Positions 1 to 9,356 of a stretch of 16,612 nt of DNA are shown here, one piece after another (the stretch's first letter is position 1; the number at the start of each line of letters is the position of its first letter). The notes under the pieces were generated by a model. The model made no database searches, was not told the DNA's origin, and worked only from the letters and a program-made list of their open reading frames with translations. The position numbers and the translations under genes are program-made. This DNA is from Abditibacteriaceae bacterium (GTDB lineage Bacteria > Armatimonadota > Abditibacteriia > Abditibacteriales > Abditibacteriaceae), in the NCBI GenBank assembly GCA_031425655.1, contig JANPJS010000141.1:1-16612 (forward strand), read 5' to 3'.

Positions 1-13
1 TTTTGAATTGATT

Positions 14-48
14 TCAAACTCAAAACTCAAAACTCAAAACTCAAAATT
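14..48. repeat. Heptamer tandem repeat (TCAAAAC)n upstream of rplL; the opposite arm (TTTTGAA) appears truncated at the window start
   Basis: tcaaac-tcaaaac-tcaaaac-tcaaaac-tcaaaat read directly; the window begins with ttttgaattg, the complementary type of unit. Confidence 0.8.
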
Positions 49-82
49 AACTGTCTGCCCGGCGCACAAGGAGAAAACTCAA

Positions 83-481
83 ATGGCGAGCGAAAAAGTC
101 ACACAAGTGTTGGAAATGGTCGGCGGCATGACCGTCCTCGAACTGAACGAATTGGTCAAGACGCTTCAAGAAGAATGGGGCGTTTCGGCGGCGGTAGCTG
201 CGGCTCCGGCGGCGGCTGGCCCGGCGGGCGGCGGCGACGCGGCTCCGGCGGTTGAAGAGTCCACCGAATTCCAGGTCATGCTCCAGTCGTTCGGCGAGAA
301 GAAGCTGGACGTTATCAAAGCCGTGCGCGAATTGGTGGCCGGTCTGGGCTTGAAAGAAGCCAAAGACTTGGTCGAAGGCGCTCCGAAGGAAGTCGGCTTG
401 CCGGTTTCCAAAGAAGAAGCGGCCAAGATGAAGGAAAAGCTCGAAGGCGTCGGCGCTCAAGTCGAAGTCAAGGGCGTGTAA
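83..481 (+). CDS. rplL: 50S ribosomal protein L7/L12
   Basis: Motifs [21 protein letters not shown], Ala-rich hinge, [46 protein letters not shown] at 68-73 supports ATG at 83 rather than the ORF-track start at 8. Confidence 0.98.
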   Translation: MASEKVTQVLEMVGGMTVLELNELVKTLQEEWGVSAAVAAAPAAAGPAGGGDAAPAVEESTEFQVMLQSFGEKKLDVIKAVRELVAGLGLKEAKDLVEGAPKEVGLPVSKEEAAKMKEKLEGVGAQVEVKGV

Positions 482-486
482 ATCCA

Positions 487-510
487 GTAGGGACACGCTA
501 CGGCTTGTCC
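487..510 (+). repeat. GTAG-type REP-like palindrome, copy 1
   Basis: GTAGGGACACGCTACGGCTTGTCC: GTAG followed by an imperfect hairpin; closely similar to the reverse complement of 11933-11956. Confidence 0.65.
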
Positions 511-516
511 AGAACG

Positions 517-552
517 AAAACAGCGCGAGGCATTTGCCTCGCGCTGTTTTTT
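517..552. terminator. Bidirectional intrinsic terminator between rplL and the convergent DUF1963-like gene
   Basis: AAAACAGCGCGAGGC-ATTT-GCCTCGCGCTGTTTTTT, a perfect stem with A/T tails on both sides. Confidence 0.9.
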
Positions 553-574
553 GTTAGGTAGGTGAGAATATAGG

Positions 575-1192
575 TTAGCAACACTGCCACAAAAACTTCC
601 CGGTGCAACCATCTTGCGAGAGAAAAGCATAACCGACGCCCGCATCGCCGAAGTTGATTTCAAAAGGCACCGAAGTGGAATCGAGTTGCAGAATCAGTTT
701 CCACTCGCCGGCGTCGGGATATTCCTCGCCTTGTAGAAAAGCTGGCGAGCCGCCGATTTTGTTCTCTTCGGGGTTGTCGGGGGTGTCAACATCGGTTCCG
801 GGCTTCAAAGTCACCGCAAATTCGCACGGTTGGAGAAAGTTGTTGGAGTCATTCCTGCTTTTCACTGTCGGCCCGTTCGCCTGTGGCTCACCGGGCGGAT
901 TGTTGCCGCCGGGCTGAATAACCACCGCATTTTCGCCGCCATTGGCTTCCCACGTGCCATCCACGTATTCTTCCTCGTCGGTCATGAAAATGTAGGCCAT
1001 TTTTCCAACTGCATCGCCAAATAATTCCGGCGCGAGGGCGATTTGGCCGATGAAGCACATTGGGCGTTTGAGTTGGCGGCTCTGCGGCCAATCGGGTGCT
1101 TCCAGCCAGACCGGCTGCCCGCCAAACTTTGTCACCGGCTCAGTAATGGGATGTTCTGTTCTATGAAATTCGATGCTGTATTTCGGTTGCAT
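575..1192 (-). CDS. DUF1963/YwqG-family protein
   Basis: TKFGGQPVWL, PMCFIGQIAL, NKIGGSPAFLQ, LILQLDS, INFGDAGVGYAF, FLWQC are typical of this family. Probable start is MQPKY at 1192; an in-frame alternative start with SD lies at 1327. Confidence 0.8.
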   Translation of the reverse strand: MQPKYSIEFHRTEHPITEPVTKFGGQPVWLEAPDWPQSRQLKRPMCFIGQIALAPELFGDAVGKMAYIFMTDEEEYVDGTWEANGGENAVVIQPGGNNPPGEPQANGPTVKSRNDSNNFLQPCEFAVTLKPGTDVDTPDNPEENKIGGSPAFLQGEEYPDAGEWKLILQLDSTSVPFEINFGDAGVGYAFLSQDGCTGKFLWQCC

Positions 1193-1310
1193 ATTAAATG
1201 ACTCATCAGTTAGACAGCAATCGCCCGTCGCGCAGAGTGAAAGTGCGTGCAACGGCGTTTGGATGATTTCCAGCAGCGCTTCTTTCACAATTGCTTTTAA
1301 TTCGTCGGAT

Positions 1311-1589
1311 TCAACTGTTGTCGCCATTTTGCACCTCGAATTTGTTAGACAAAAGATTGGGCTGATTCTTCTGGCGAGCATGGGTAAAGCAGTAAGCCGC
1401 AAAAAGAATCAAAATAATGCCTGTCCCAACTGCAACAGCCATGTGCTCAAACGCAGTGAAAGAGCGGGAATCTCCTTCATAAGATCCCATCACTGGCGGG
1501 ACAAACTGCCGAAACGCAACCCAATAAGTAAAACCATGAGTTATTAGAGCAACCCCAGCCGTAAAAAGGATAGTCGCGATTAGCCTCAT
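1311..1589 (-). CDS. Small hypothetical membrane protein (2 predicted TM helices)
   Basis: 92 aa ORF with two hydrophobic stretches (LIATILFTAGVALITHGFTYWVAF; MAVAVGTGIILILFAAYCF). Confidence 0.65.
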   Translation of the reverse strand: MRLIATILFTAGVALITHGFTYWVAFRQFVPPVMGSYEGDSRSFTAFEHMAVAVGTGIILILFAAYCFTHARQKNQPNLLSNKFEVQNGDNS

Positions 1590-1636
1590 AGCATATCTCT
1601 ACCGGGCAAGTTACTAAGCCGCAGGTTTCCGTCCCC

Positions 1637-1710
1637 TCACGCCAAAATCTCTTTTACCACTTCGCCGTGAACGTCGGTTAAACGGAAGTCGCGGCCTTGG
1701 AAGCGGTAGG
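1637..1710 (-). repeat. Orphan direct-repeat copy of the DUF1501 gene 3' end ([23 protein letters not shown])
   Basis: Aligns to 2681-2754 at offset 1044 with 4 mismatches in 74 nt (TGA/TAA stop, Ala/Thr, two third-position changes). Confidence 0.97.
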
Positions 1711-2319
1711 CTAATCCACGCCGTTCATCTTTGACCAAGCGGTTAAGCGGACTCCAAAGCCCCGCTGCGCTTTATCAGACCATGTGCGGCTCTGATCGGC
1801 AACGCCTTTGTTCTCCCAATTTAAACCTTCGTGCAGTTCAAACAACTCGTGGTCGAGTGGCCTTTGGCCCTTGTCGAAACCGATGAAGAGGAGAATCTGC
1901 GCGGCAAATGTAACCTGCTGCTTCCACAGGTTACTAATGTGGCCGCCTAAATCCACTTCCTGCCATCGGTATTCGCGGTTTTCGTGTTTATCCACCTGAT
2001 AGCCCGAACCATATTTTCGCACTTTGATATTGGAAAACTTAACCACTTTAAGGCCAATTAGCCCTAAATCCGGCACGAGAAACGAAGAGCTATAAAAGTA
2101 TTTGCTGCGCCGGGTGGGATGATATTGATACATTCCTTCTGCTGGGTAGCCTTGAGCAGCAAGGTAAGGGGCGATGGCGCCTTTCCATTCCTGAAAAGTG
2201 GAGCCGATCTTTTTGCCTTCAACCAAATCGTCGCTGGCATACAAACCGAGAGGCAGCACGGTTCGATCAAATTGCTCCAACGCGTTAAAAAGCCCATCGC
2301 AAATTTCGTCCACGTTCAT
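1711..2319 (-). CDS. Hypothetical protein (cargo of the DUF1501-tail cassette)
   Basis: 202 aa ATG-started ORF, visibly more AT-rich than the core genes; no family recognised. Confidence 0.7.
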   Translation of the reverse strand: MNVDEICDGLFNALEQFDRTVLPLGLYASDDLVEGKKIGSTFQEWKGAIAPYLAAQGYPAEGMYQYHPTRRSKYFYSSSFLVPDLGLIGLKVVKFSNIKVRKYGSGYQVDKHENREYRWQEVDLGGHISNLWKQQVTFAAQILLFIGFDKGQRPLDHELFELHEGLNWENKGVADQSRTWSDKAQRGFGVRLTAWSKMNGVD

Positions 2320-2423
2320 GCTTTTCCCATTACCTTACGCTCGAATCTCTTTCTCTCTTTCTGTGAGCGCCAGTGCCGAGGAACGCACTTTTTCGCGGAT
2401 AGGAACGCAGTAAAATCATTCAT

Positions 2424-2654
2424 ATGACCGATTCACAATTGCGAGGTTGTTTATTTGGCTTTTTACGCTTTTGCATCGGTGCCATTGGCGGAGCTATCGT
2501 CGCCTCACTGGTTTTTCGATATTTTAATCCGCCCTACGGGCCTAATTATGGCGAAGGAATTGGATATGGCTTCGCCGCGATGTTCTGGATGTTTGCAACC
2601 GCGCCCGTAACGGGCGTCTGCGCCATTTTTGTGAAGCGAAAAAGCAAAAAGTAA
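2424..2654 (+). CDS. Small hypothetical membrane protein (cargo)
   Basis: 76 aa with two hydrophobic segments and a basic C-terminal tail KRKSKK. Confidence 0.6.
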   Translation: MTDSQLRGCLFGFLRFCIGAIGGAIVASLVFRYFNPPYGPNYGEGIGYGFAAMFWMFATAPVTGVCAIFVKRKSKK

Positions 2655-2680
2655 TTCATTTCGACTGAAAATGCTTTATC

Positions 2681-4135
2681 TTACGTCAAAATCTCTTTTA
2701 CCACTTCGCCGTGAACGTCGGTTAAGCGGAAGTCGCGGCCTTGGAAGCGGTAAGTGAGTTTTTCGTGGTCGAAACCGAGTTGGTGAAGTAGCGTAGCGTG
2801 TAAATCGTGGACGTGCGTATTACCTTCGACGACGCCGAAGCCCAAATCGTCGGTTGCGCCATGCAGGTGGCCGGGTTTGAAGCCGCCGCCCGCCACCCAC
2901 ATCGTAAAGGCGTCAATGTGATGGTCGCGGCCAATGGTGGCGCGCACTTCGCCCATCGGGGTGCGGCCAAATTCGCCGCCCCAGATCACTAAAGTATCGT
3001 CCAATAAGCCGCGCCGTTTTAAGTCCAAAACCAACGCGGCAGAGGCTTTATCTACTTCACGGCAGCGCGTTTCGATGGAGTCGGTGAGGTTGTTGGTTTT
3101 GTCGCCGTGATGATCCCAATCGGTGTGGTAAAGCTGCACGAAGCGCACGCCGCGCTCGATTAAACGCCGCGCCAGCAGGCAGTTGTTGGCAAACGACGGC
3201 TCGCCCGGCTTGACGCCGTATAAATCAAGCGTTTCCTGCGATTCCTTCTTAATATCCATCAATTCGGGCGCACTGGTTTGCATCTTGAAGGCGGTTTCAT
3301 ACGAGTTGATGCGCGTCATGATTTCCGGGTCGCCGGTGGCGTCGAAGCGCACCTGATTCAGCGACTCGACGGCATCGTAAAAGTCGTGTTCCTGCTCGCG
3401 CGAAAGGCCGGGCGGGCTTTGCAGATTAAGAATCGCATCGCCGCTGCCGCGAAAGGGCACGCCTTGAAAACTGGTCGGCAGAAAGCCGCTGTTCCATAAA
3501 GTGTTGCCGCCGCGCGGGCCACGCGGGCCGCTTTGCAACACCACGAAACCGGGCAATTCGCGGTTTTCGCTACCCAATCCGTAAGTGATCCAACTGCCGA
3601 TGCTGGGACGGCCCGGCGCTTGAAAACCGGCGTTCATAAACAGCTTGGCCGGGCCATGATTGAAAACATCCGTCGTCATGCCGCGCAGCCAGCACACTTC
3701 GTCGGCGATCTTTTTGGTGTGTGGCAAAAGCTCACTGAGCGTCATGCCGCTTTGCCCGACTTTCTCGAACGTGCGTTTAGTGCCGAGCAGGGTTTCGTTG
3801 CCTTTCAAGAACGCGAAACGCTTGCCCCGCATCAATTCCGGCGGCGGTTTTTGGCCGGTCAATTCGCGCAGCTTCGGCTTATCGTCGAACAAATCGAGCT
3901 GACTCGGCCCGCCGGCCATGAAGAGAAAAATCACGCGCTTGGCTTTGGCCGGAAGCGGCGATTTGCGCGGTGCCAAAGGGCTGGCCGGGTCAACGTTGAC
4001 CGTTGGCGCTTCCTTAGCGAAACCGTCTTGTTGCAGCAAAAGGTTAAGGGCGAGCGCGCCTAATCCGACGCCGCATTTCTCGAAGAAATGGCGTCGTGTA
4101 ATGGCGCGCGTAACGCGCTGTTCAAAGTCGTTCAT
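2681..4135 (-). CDS. DUF1501 domain protein (sulfatase-like fold) with Tat signal
   Basis: TRRHFF twin-arginine motif; [66 protein letters not shown]. Confidence 0.95.
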   Translation of the reverse strand: MNDFEQRVTRAITRRHFFEKCGVGLGALALNLLLQQDGFAKEAPTVNVDPASPLAPRKSPLPAKAKRVIFLFMAGGPSQLDLFDDKPKLRELTGQKPPPELMRGKRFAFLKGNETLLGTKRTFEKVGQSGMTLSELLPHTKKIADEVCWLRGMTTDVFNHGPAKLFMNAGFQAPGRPSIGSWITYGLGSENRELPGFVVLQSGPRGPRGGNTLWNSGFLPTSFQGVPFRGSGDAILNLQSPPGLSREQEHDFYDAVESLNQVRFDATGDPEIMTRINSYETAFKMQTSAPELMDIKKESQETLDLYGVKPGEPSFANNCLLARRLIERGVRFVQLYHTDWDHHGDKTNNLTDSIETRCREVDKASAALVLDLKRRGLLDDTLVIWGGEFGRTPMGEVRATIGRDHHIDAFTMWVAGGGFKPGHLHGATDDLGFGVVEGNTHVHDLHATLLHQLGFDHEKLTYRFQGRDFRLTDVHGEVVKEILT

Positions 4136-4143
4136 GGTGTTAC

Positions 4144-4384
4144 TGGATTCTGGATTCTGGATTCTGGATTCTTGATGTTCGATGCTTGATGCTTGATGCT
4201 TGATGCTTGATGCTTGATGCTTGATGCTTGATGTTCGATGCTGGATGCTGGATGCTGGATGCTGGATGCTGGATGTTTGATTCTTGATTCTGGATGTTCG
4301 ATGCGAGGCACTTTTATCGAGAATCGAGCATCAAGCATCAAGCATCAAGAATCGAGCATCAAGCATCAAGAATCCAGAATCCAG
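4144..4384. repeat. Inverted heptamer tandem array: 23 units of TNGATKY, a short spacer, then 9 reverse-complement units
   Basis: Units tggattc/ttgatgc/tggatgc/tcgatgc at 4144-4304, and gaatcga/gcatcaa/gaatcca at 4321-4383. Confidence 0.95.
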
Positions 4385-4385
4385 C

Positions 4386-7295
4386 CTACTCTCGCGTGAT
4401 AAACGCGTCCGTGTTCAAAACGGTTCGCGCCGTGTTGGTGAGCGCGGGGTTCGGTCCCAGCGATGATACGGGATTAGCTGCGAAAATCGCGTTTTGTTTC
4501 TGGTAAAAGCCGCGCAGAATCGTCAGTTCTTTGGGTGACGGCTCGCGCGATAAAGCCAAAACGAATAAGCGTTTCAAACGCGCATCGCCTTCGGGCGCTT
4601 CTTTCAAAGCGCGTTCGGCGAGGCCTTGCGCGATCTCGATAAACGCCGCGTCGTTGGCTAAAGTTAGGGCTTGCAGCGGCGTGTCCGAGCGCGGACGGCG
4701 TGTGCATACAACCTGGAAATCGGGCGAATCGAAGGTTGTGAGCAGCGGGTAGGGCGCGCTGCGATAAAAAAGCGTATAAAGTGCGCGGCGATAGCGGTCG
4801 GCGCCGGCGTCGGCTTTCCACTTTTTGGCGGATTGGGTGAACGAATAAACGCCGTCGGGTTGCGGCGGATGAACACTGGGGCCGCCGATGGCTGCGGTCA
4901 ATAATCCGCTGGCCGAAAGCGCCGCGTCGCGCACGATTTCGGCTTCAACACGCAAGCGCGATTGCCGCGCCAGAAGCAAATTAAGCGGGTCTTTTTCGGC
5001 CAAATCGGGCCGCGATTTGGAACTCTGTTGATAGGTTGCGCTGATCACAATCAAGCGGTGCATCGCTTTGAGCGACCACTTTTGGCGCAGAAACTCGCCG
5101 GCTAACCAGTCGAGCAGTTCGGGATGCGTCGGCGATGCGCCCTGCGAGCCGAAATCGTCGTCGGTTTCCACCAATCCGCGTCCGAAATAACGCAGCCAGA
5201 CGCGATTCATGGCCACGCGTGGAGGCAGCGGGTTCTCACCCGACACCAACCACTTCGCCAAATCGAGGCGCGTAGGGCGCGTGGCGGTTTTCTTCAGAGG
5301 CGGCAAAACACTCAATGTATCGGGGTCGAGCGGGCCGGTTTTCTCGTCGGGGCGCAGAAAATCGCCGCGCTGCAAAATGAAAGTCTGGCGCACCTGCGCG
5401 CGTTCTTTCGTCACCATCAAATCAACCGTGTTCGGTTGCGGGCGCGAAGGTGCGAAAGCGGCGGCGACGAGTTTGGTTTGCGCTTCGCTGCGCTGGCCCG
5501 GCGCGGTTAGCAAAGCGGCTAACAGCGGCGCATTCACGACCGTCACGGACGGCACCGTTGCCGAAAAATCGAGCGCGAAGCGGCCAATCAGATAGCGCTC
5601 GTTCATTTCATGCTTGAGGCGGATTTGCAAAGGTTTGTCGCCCGGCTCAATCGGCTTGTCGAAGACGAAAATCGCTTCGTGCGGCGCGTTCATTTTCGCA
5701 GCCGAACCGGGGCCGACGTTGATGGCCCAGCCGCTTTTGCCGTTGCCTTCCAACGCGGCTGTAATGGCATGATTCGGCTGCTCGTGGTCGGCCCGCGCCG
5801 ATGCGATTTTCTGCGCGGCGCCGTTCAGCGTGACTTCAATTCCCGTCAGCACGAAGTTGCCGTTGGCGGCTGTGCCCGGCCCGTTTTTAGGCAGCGATTC
5901 GTGCGGAATCACGCGCAATCGCAATGCGGCGATTTTCGGCAGCGCACTTTTGGCGACGACACGATAAGTGTCGTTGGCGGCGCCTTTGCCGTCCGACAAC
6001 AGCGAATTATCGGGCAAAAGCTGAAAACCGGCGTTGGTGGCCGTATCGTATTCCAGATATTGCGCGTTCGTCCACTCGGCGGGCGCGTTATTGGGCGAAT
6101 TTGGCGGCGCCAGACGCGCCAATTCACGTTTTTCCCACGCGATTTGCGCTTTGGCGACGTCGGCTTCGCTGATAGGCTGCGTTTTGCCGAAAACCTCGCC
6201 CTGCGCGACGGGAATCGTCGCGCCTTTGTTGTTCACGTCCTCATTGTTGTTGAAAAACGCCAAAAGTGAGAAGTATTCGCGGTGCGTAATCGGGTCGAAT
6301 TTGTGGGTATGGCATTGCGCGCAACCGGCAGTCAGGCCGAGCCAAACGGTTGCGGTTGTGTTGGTGCGATCAACGACGGCTTCGGTGCGAAACTGCTCCG
6401 GGTTCGAGCCGCCTTCCTCGTTGATGCCCGTATTGCGATGAAACGCCGTCGCGATGATTTGCGATTTGGTCGGCGTCGGCAAAAGGTCGCCGGCAAGCTG
6501 TTCAATCGTGAAACGGTCGAACGGCATATCGTCGTTGGTGGCTTTAATAACCCAATCGCGATACGGCCACATTTGCCGTTCGCTGTCTACGGTGTAGCCG
6601 TTGGAATCGGCGTAACGCGCTTGGTCGAGCCAGTGGCGTCCCCAGCGTTCGCCGTAATGCGGCGAGGCCAAAAGTTTGTCCACGACCTTTTCGTAAGCGT
6701 TTGGCGATTTGTCGTCTAAAAAGGCGCGCGTTTCATCGGGCGAGGGCAAAAGTCCGGTTAAATCGAGCGAAACGCGGCGCAAAAGCGTGGCTTTATCGGC
6801 TTGCGGCGCGGGCACGACGCCGCTTTTTTCCAAGCGCTCCAAAATGAAATTGTCAATCGGGTTTTTTGGCCAACTTTTCGTTTTGACAACCGGCGGCGGC
6901 GCGGCGGCCAGAGGCGCGTAGGCCCAGTGCGGCTCGTAGGCGGCGCCTTCTTGAATCCACTGGCGCAGCAGCGCGATTTCTTCGGCTCTGAGCGGTGGTT
7001 TTTTGCTTTCGGGCGGCGGCATAATCTCGTCGCCGTGCGCCGTGACGCGCTTCAAAAGCTCGCTTTCGCCGGGCTTGCCGGGCACAATGGCGCCTTTCTC
7101 CAATGCGCTTTCGCGCACGTCGAGTCGCAATTTGGCCGAACGCTTTTTGTCATCCGGCCCGTGACAGGAAAAGCAATTGGAGAGAATCGGGCGGATTTGC
7201 GTGTTGAAGCCGATTTTAGCTTTGGAATCGGCTGCGAGGGCAAAAGTCGTCTGCGACAGGAAAAGGGCAATAACGAGCAGGGCAGGGCATCTCAT
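4386..7295 (-). CDS. PSD1 (DUF1553)/DUF1549 and planctomycete cytochrome c domain protein
   Basis: Signal peptide; CFSCH heme motif; [75 protein letters not shown]; canonical position upstream of DUF1501. Confidence 0.95.
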   Translation of the reverse strand: MRCPALLVIALFLSQTTFALAADSKAKIGFNTQIRPILSNCFSCHGPDDKKRSAKLRLDVRESALEKGAIVPGKPGESELLKRVTAHGDEIMPPPESKKPPLRAEEIALLRQWIQEGAAYEPHWAYAPLAAAPPPVVKTKSWPKNPIDNFILERLEKSGVVPAPQADKATLLRRVSLDLTGLLPSPDETRAFLDDKSPNAYEKVVDKLLASPHYGERWGRHWLDQARYADSNGYTVDSERQMWPYRDWVIKATNDDMPFDRFTIEQLAGDLLPTPTKSQIIATAFHRNTGINEEGGSNPEQFRTEAVVDRTNTTATVWLGLTAGCAQCHTHKFDPITHREYFSLLAFFNNNEDVNNKGATIPVAQGEVFGKTQPISEADVAKAQIAWEKRELARLAPPNSPNNAPAEWTNAQYLEYDTATNAGFQLLPDNSLLSDGKGAANDTYRVVAKSALPKIAALRLRVIPHESLPKNGPGTAANGNFVLTGIEVTLNGAAQKIASARADHEQPNHAITAALEGNGKSGWAINVGPGSAAKMNAPHEAIFVFDKPIEPGDKPLQIRLKHEMNERYLIGRFALDFSATVPSVTVVNAPLLAALLTAPGQRSEAQTKLVAAAFAPSRPQPNTVDLMVTKERAQVRQTFILQRGDFLRPDEKTGPLDPDTLSVLPPLKKTATRPTRLDLAKWLVSGENPLPPRVAMNRVWLRYFGRGLVETDDDFGSQGASPTHPELLDWLAGEFLRQKWSLKAMHRLIVISATYQQSSKSRPDLAEKDPLNLLLARQSRLRVEAEIVRDAALSASGLLTAAIGGPSVHPPQPDGVYSFTQSAKKWKADAGADRYRRALYTLFYRSAPYPLLTTFDSPDFQVVCTRRPRSDTPLQALTLANDAAFIEIAQGLAERALKEAPEGDARLKRLFVLALSREPSPKELTILRGFYQKQNAIFAANPVSSLGPNPALTNTARTVLNTDAFITRE

Positions 7296-7419
7296 GGTAT
7301 TTGCTGCGAACGGGAATTATGAGGCAGTATAGACACAAGATATTCGAGCGAGTGCCGTTTTATTGCCTCTATCTAAGCGCCCATCGCGCAAAACTGAGCG
7401 CATTTGGCGAAGGCCGCGC

Positions 7420-7773
7420 TCATTTTTGCTTTTCGATTTTTTCCAAAATGTTCATCTGATTTTGAATAATCGTGTGCTGGTTGGCCTGAATGCGGTCTTG
7501 ATTGCCGATGATAGTTTCTAAGGTGGCGAAGAAAGTATCCAGCCGATCCTGACTGCTTTTTAATTGCTTTTGATGCACTTTCAGTTCGCGCAGCGAGGCC
7601 TCGACTTCGCCTTGATTGCTGAGAATCATGTGCTGATTGGCCAGCACTTCGACATCCACTTTTTCGCGGTCGGCGGCCAGTTGCTTGAGCGCGTTGCGAA
7701 CCTGTTTCTGGCCGATGAGAATGCGTTCCTGGTTGTTGAGCAGCGTTTCGTGATTGGTTTTTTCGTCGGGCAT
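7420..7773 (-). CDS. Hypothetical coiled-coil protein with repeated (I/L/V)xxNQ heptads
   Basis: LLNNQ, VLANQ, ILSNQ, IIGNQ, IQANQ, IIQNQ repeats in a 117 aa ORF. Confidence 0.75.
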   Translation of the reverse strand: MPDEKTNHETLLNNQERILIGQKQVRNALKQLAADREKVDVEVLANQHMILSNQGEVEASLRELKVHQKQLKSSQDRLDTFFATLETIIGNQDRIQANQHTIIQNQMNILEKIEKQK

Positions 7774-7804
7774 AGTGGTGATTTTCGGAGAGGATTTTTT
7801 TATA

Positions 7805-7921
7805 GAACACGGAGGCTACGCCCACACGGAAACGACACAGATAAACACGGGTTTTTGACAGTGGATAACTTCAAAAGACCAGCGAAAATCTGTGTCGTTT
7901 CCGTGTGCGAAGCCCGTGTTC
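7805..7921. repeat. Intergenic inverted repeat built of CACGG/CACAG units
   Basis: cacacggaaacgacacagat (7823-7842) pairs perfectly with atctgtgtcgtttccgtgtg (7888-7907); outer arms gaacacgg/ccgtgttc. Confidence 0.85.
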
Positions 7922-7942
7922 CATTGAAAGTGAATGCTTAAA

Positions 7943-8947
7943 TCAGCGTGGCGGCTGCGAACTGAGTTGCACTAAAGCTTCGCGCACGCGGGCCGCGCGG
8001 ACTGGGTTAAGTTTGAGATAACGATGCGTGCCGCCGGCTTTAGCCTCAAAGCGCGTGAATCCATCGGCTTCGACAGTGACTGTTCCAGGTTCGGATAGCT
8101 CGAAATAATCGCGTTCGGGCAAAACAGCGTAAAGCACCGACGTTAAATCCCATGTCGGGCGCGCGTGCGGCGGCGGTTCATACAGGTAATACGATTCCTT
8201 CAGCGGATGATGCGCCACATAATTGTAATCCTGCTCGACGCTGACGGCAGGATAAGGCACCGCGATGCCGATTTCAAAGCCCGACCAGACAATCGGCGTC
8301 GGCCAGTTGGCCGCGAGTTTTTGCGCGGCGGGGATGTCGTTGGTGACGTTGTATTCCTTATAATGCGCGTCGTTGCCGATGTTCGTGAAGGCGCCGGCCA
8401 TCAGCGACAGCACTTTGACCTTGCTGCGCACTAAATCGCGCCCATTCAGCGGCGAAACGGCATCCGGCGGCGAATCGAGCAGCCGAATCAGGTTCGTCGA
8501 AAAGCCGACTTGCGCGATTGCCACCGAATTATCGGCCTGTTTGCTGAGCGTTTCGCGCAGCAGCGCCACGGCTTCGGGCGCGTCGGCGCCGCTTTTCAAA
8601 TCGTGCGGATAACGCGCCTTGCCGTCGTTGGTTGCGTCGGCGAGTTTCAAAAAGCGGCCTTCGCCGTTTTTAACGCCGTTTCGCACCGCGCCGATGGGAA
8701 TTTCGCCGCGCCCGTAAAACGTGTTCACGGCGTCCACGAAAGCGGCGGCTTTGGGATGGTCAATCGTCAGCGTGACCGCCAGCAGCTTGCAGGCGCCGCG
8801 CGTTTCGAGGCTGTGAATCATGCCCAGCGCCAGCACATCGTCCACATCGTTGCCGATGTCGGTGTCGAAAATAATCGGCACCGGCGCGGCGCGGGCGATG
8901 CTGGACAGAAAAAAACAGAGCAGAGTGGCGACAACGAATCGTTTCAT
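7943..8947 (-). CDS. Secreted inosine/uridine-preferring nucleoside hydrolase family protein
   Basis: N-terminal signal peptide ending ARA; IIFDTDIGNDVDDVLAL (DxDxxxDD motif); EYNV; WDLTSVLYAV. Confidence 0.9.
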   Translation of the reverse strand: MKRFVVATLLCFFLSSIARAAPVPIIFDTDIGNDVDDVLALGMIHSLETRGACKLLAVTLTIDHPKAAAFVDAVNTFYGRGEIPIGAVRNGVKNGEGRFLKLADATNDGKARYPHDLKSGADAPEAVALLRETLSKQADNSVAIAQVGFSTNLIRLLDSPPDAVSPLNGRDLVRSKVKVLSLMAGAFTNIGNDAHYKEYNVTNDIPAAQKLAANWPTPIVWSGFEIGIAVPYPAVSVEQDYNYVAHHPLKESYYLYEPPPHARPTWDLTSVLYAVLPERDYFELSEPGTVTVEADGFTRFEAKAGGTHRYLKLNPVRAARVREALVQLSSQPPR

Positions 8948-8957
8948 CGGGCTTCAG

Positions 8958-8994
8958 TAAAACAAAACCGCGCAGAGAAATCTCTGCGCGGTTT
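8958..8994 (-). terminator. Intrinsic terminator for minus-strand transcription after the wecB/TA/hypothetical run
   Basis: AAACCGCGCAGAGA-AA-TCTCTGCGCGGTTT palindrome, followed on the minus strand by a T-rich tail (TTTTGTTTT). Confidence 0.75.
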
Positions 8995-9041
8995 CAGCCG
9001 TTTTTGTTCGGTGTTGAGTTACGGAATTGTCTCTTTTGCAA

Positions 9042-9356
9042 CTAAAGTTGATAAATTTGTTGGATTGGCTCTGATAAGTTAAAACGCGGATACCACACGC
9101 CACGAAAGTTAGGAGGCCCCATGTTCCTCCTGACATGACTTATGTTTAAAGTTTGAAGGTCAACATCTTCGATGATTCCTTCAATTTCTTCCAACGCATG
9201 TGCAGGCAGTCCATATTTTATGAAGAGCAGGTTTTTTGCATCATCCAATGAAAATGCGGTAACGCCGTAGCCTGTAACCGGCCCCGTGTAAAACCAGTAG
9301 CGAATGAGCAAAGGGTTTTTGAGCAGCATATTTTGCGAGAAATGCTCTATAGCCAT
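9042..9356 (-). CDS. Hypothetical protein (RYWF...GYGVTA...NMGPP..RGVWYP)
   Basis: AT-rich ORF. ATG at 9356 overlaps the TAA of the orphan wecB tail (TAATG). An alternative start lies about 27 nt downstream (MLLKNP). Confidence 0.7.
   Translation of the reverse strand: MAIEHFSQNMLLKNPLLIRYWFYTGPVTGYGVTAFSLDDAKNLLFIKYGLPAHALEEIEGIIEDVDLQTLNISHVRRNMGPPNFRGVWYPRFNLSEPIQQIYQL

Noticed and set aside
8..82. N-terminal extension of L7/L12 ([14 protein letters not shown])
   Set aside because: Translation of the TCAAAAC repeat; the SD-supported start is at 83
553..1349. RYYYAAC heptamers on the minus strand near accessory gene ends (553-559, 1209-1215, 1343-1349) suggesting integron attC sites
   Set aside because: No matching downstream GTTRRRY with attC-type L/R box pairing could be found, and there is no integrase
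4144..4384. Possible CRISPR array
   Set aside because: Contiguous 7-mers with no unique spacers and no cas genes
4132..4506. ORFs 4132-4341(-), 4284-4466(+) and 4294-4506(+) with HQASSIK repeats
   Set aside because: They are translations of the heptamer DNA array, with no sign of a real protein
7373..7423. Possible fourth orphan tail (of the nucleoside hydrolase gene) after the coiled-coil ORF
   Set aside because: Only a 7-nt match (aactgag); the translation does not resemble the hydrolase C-terminus
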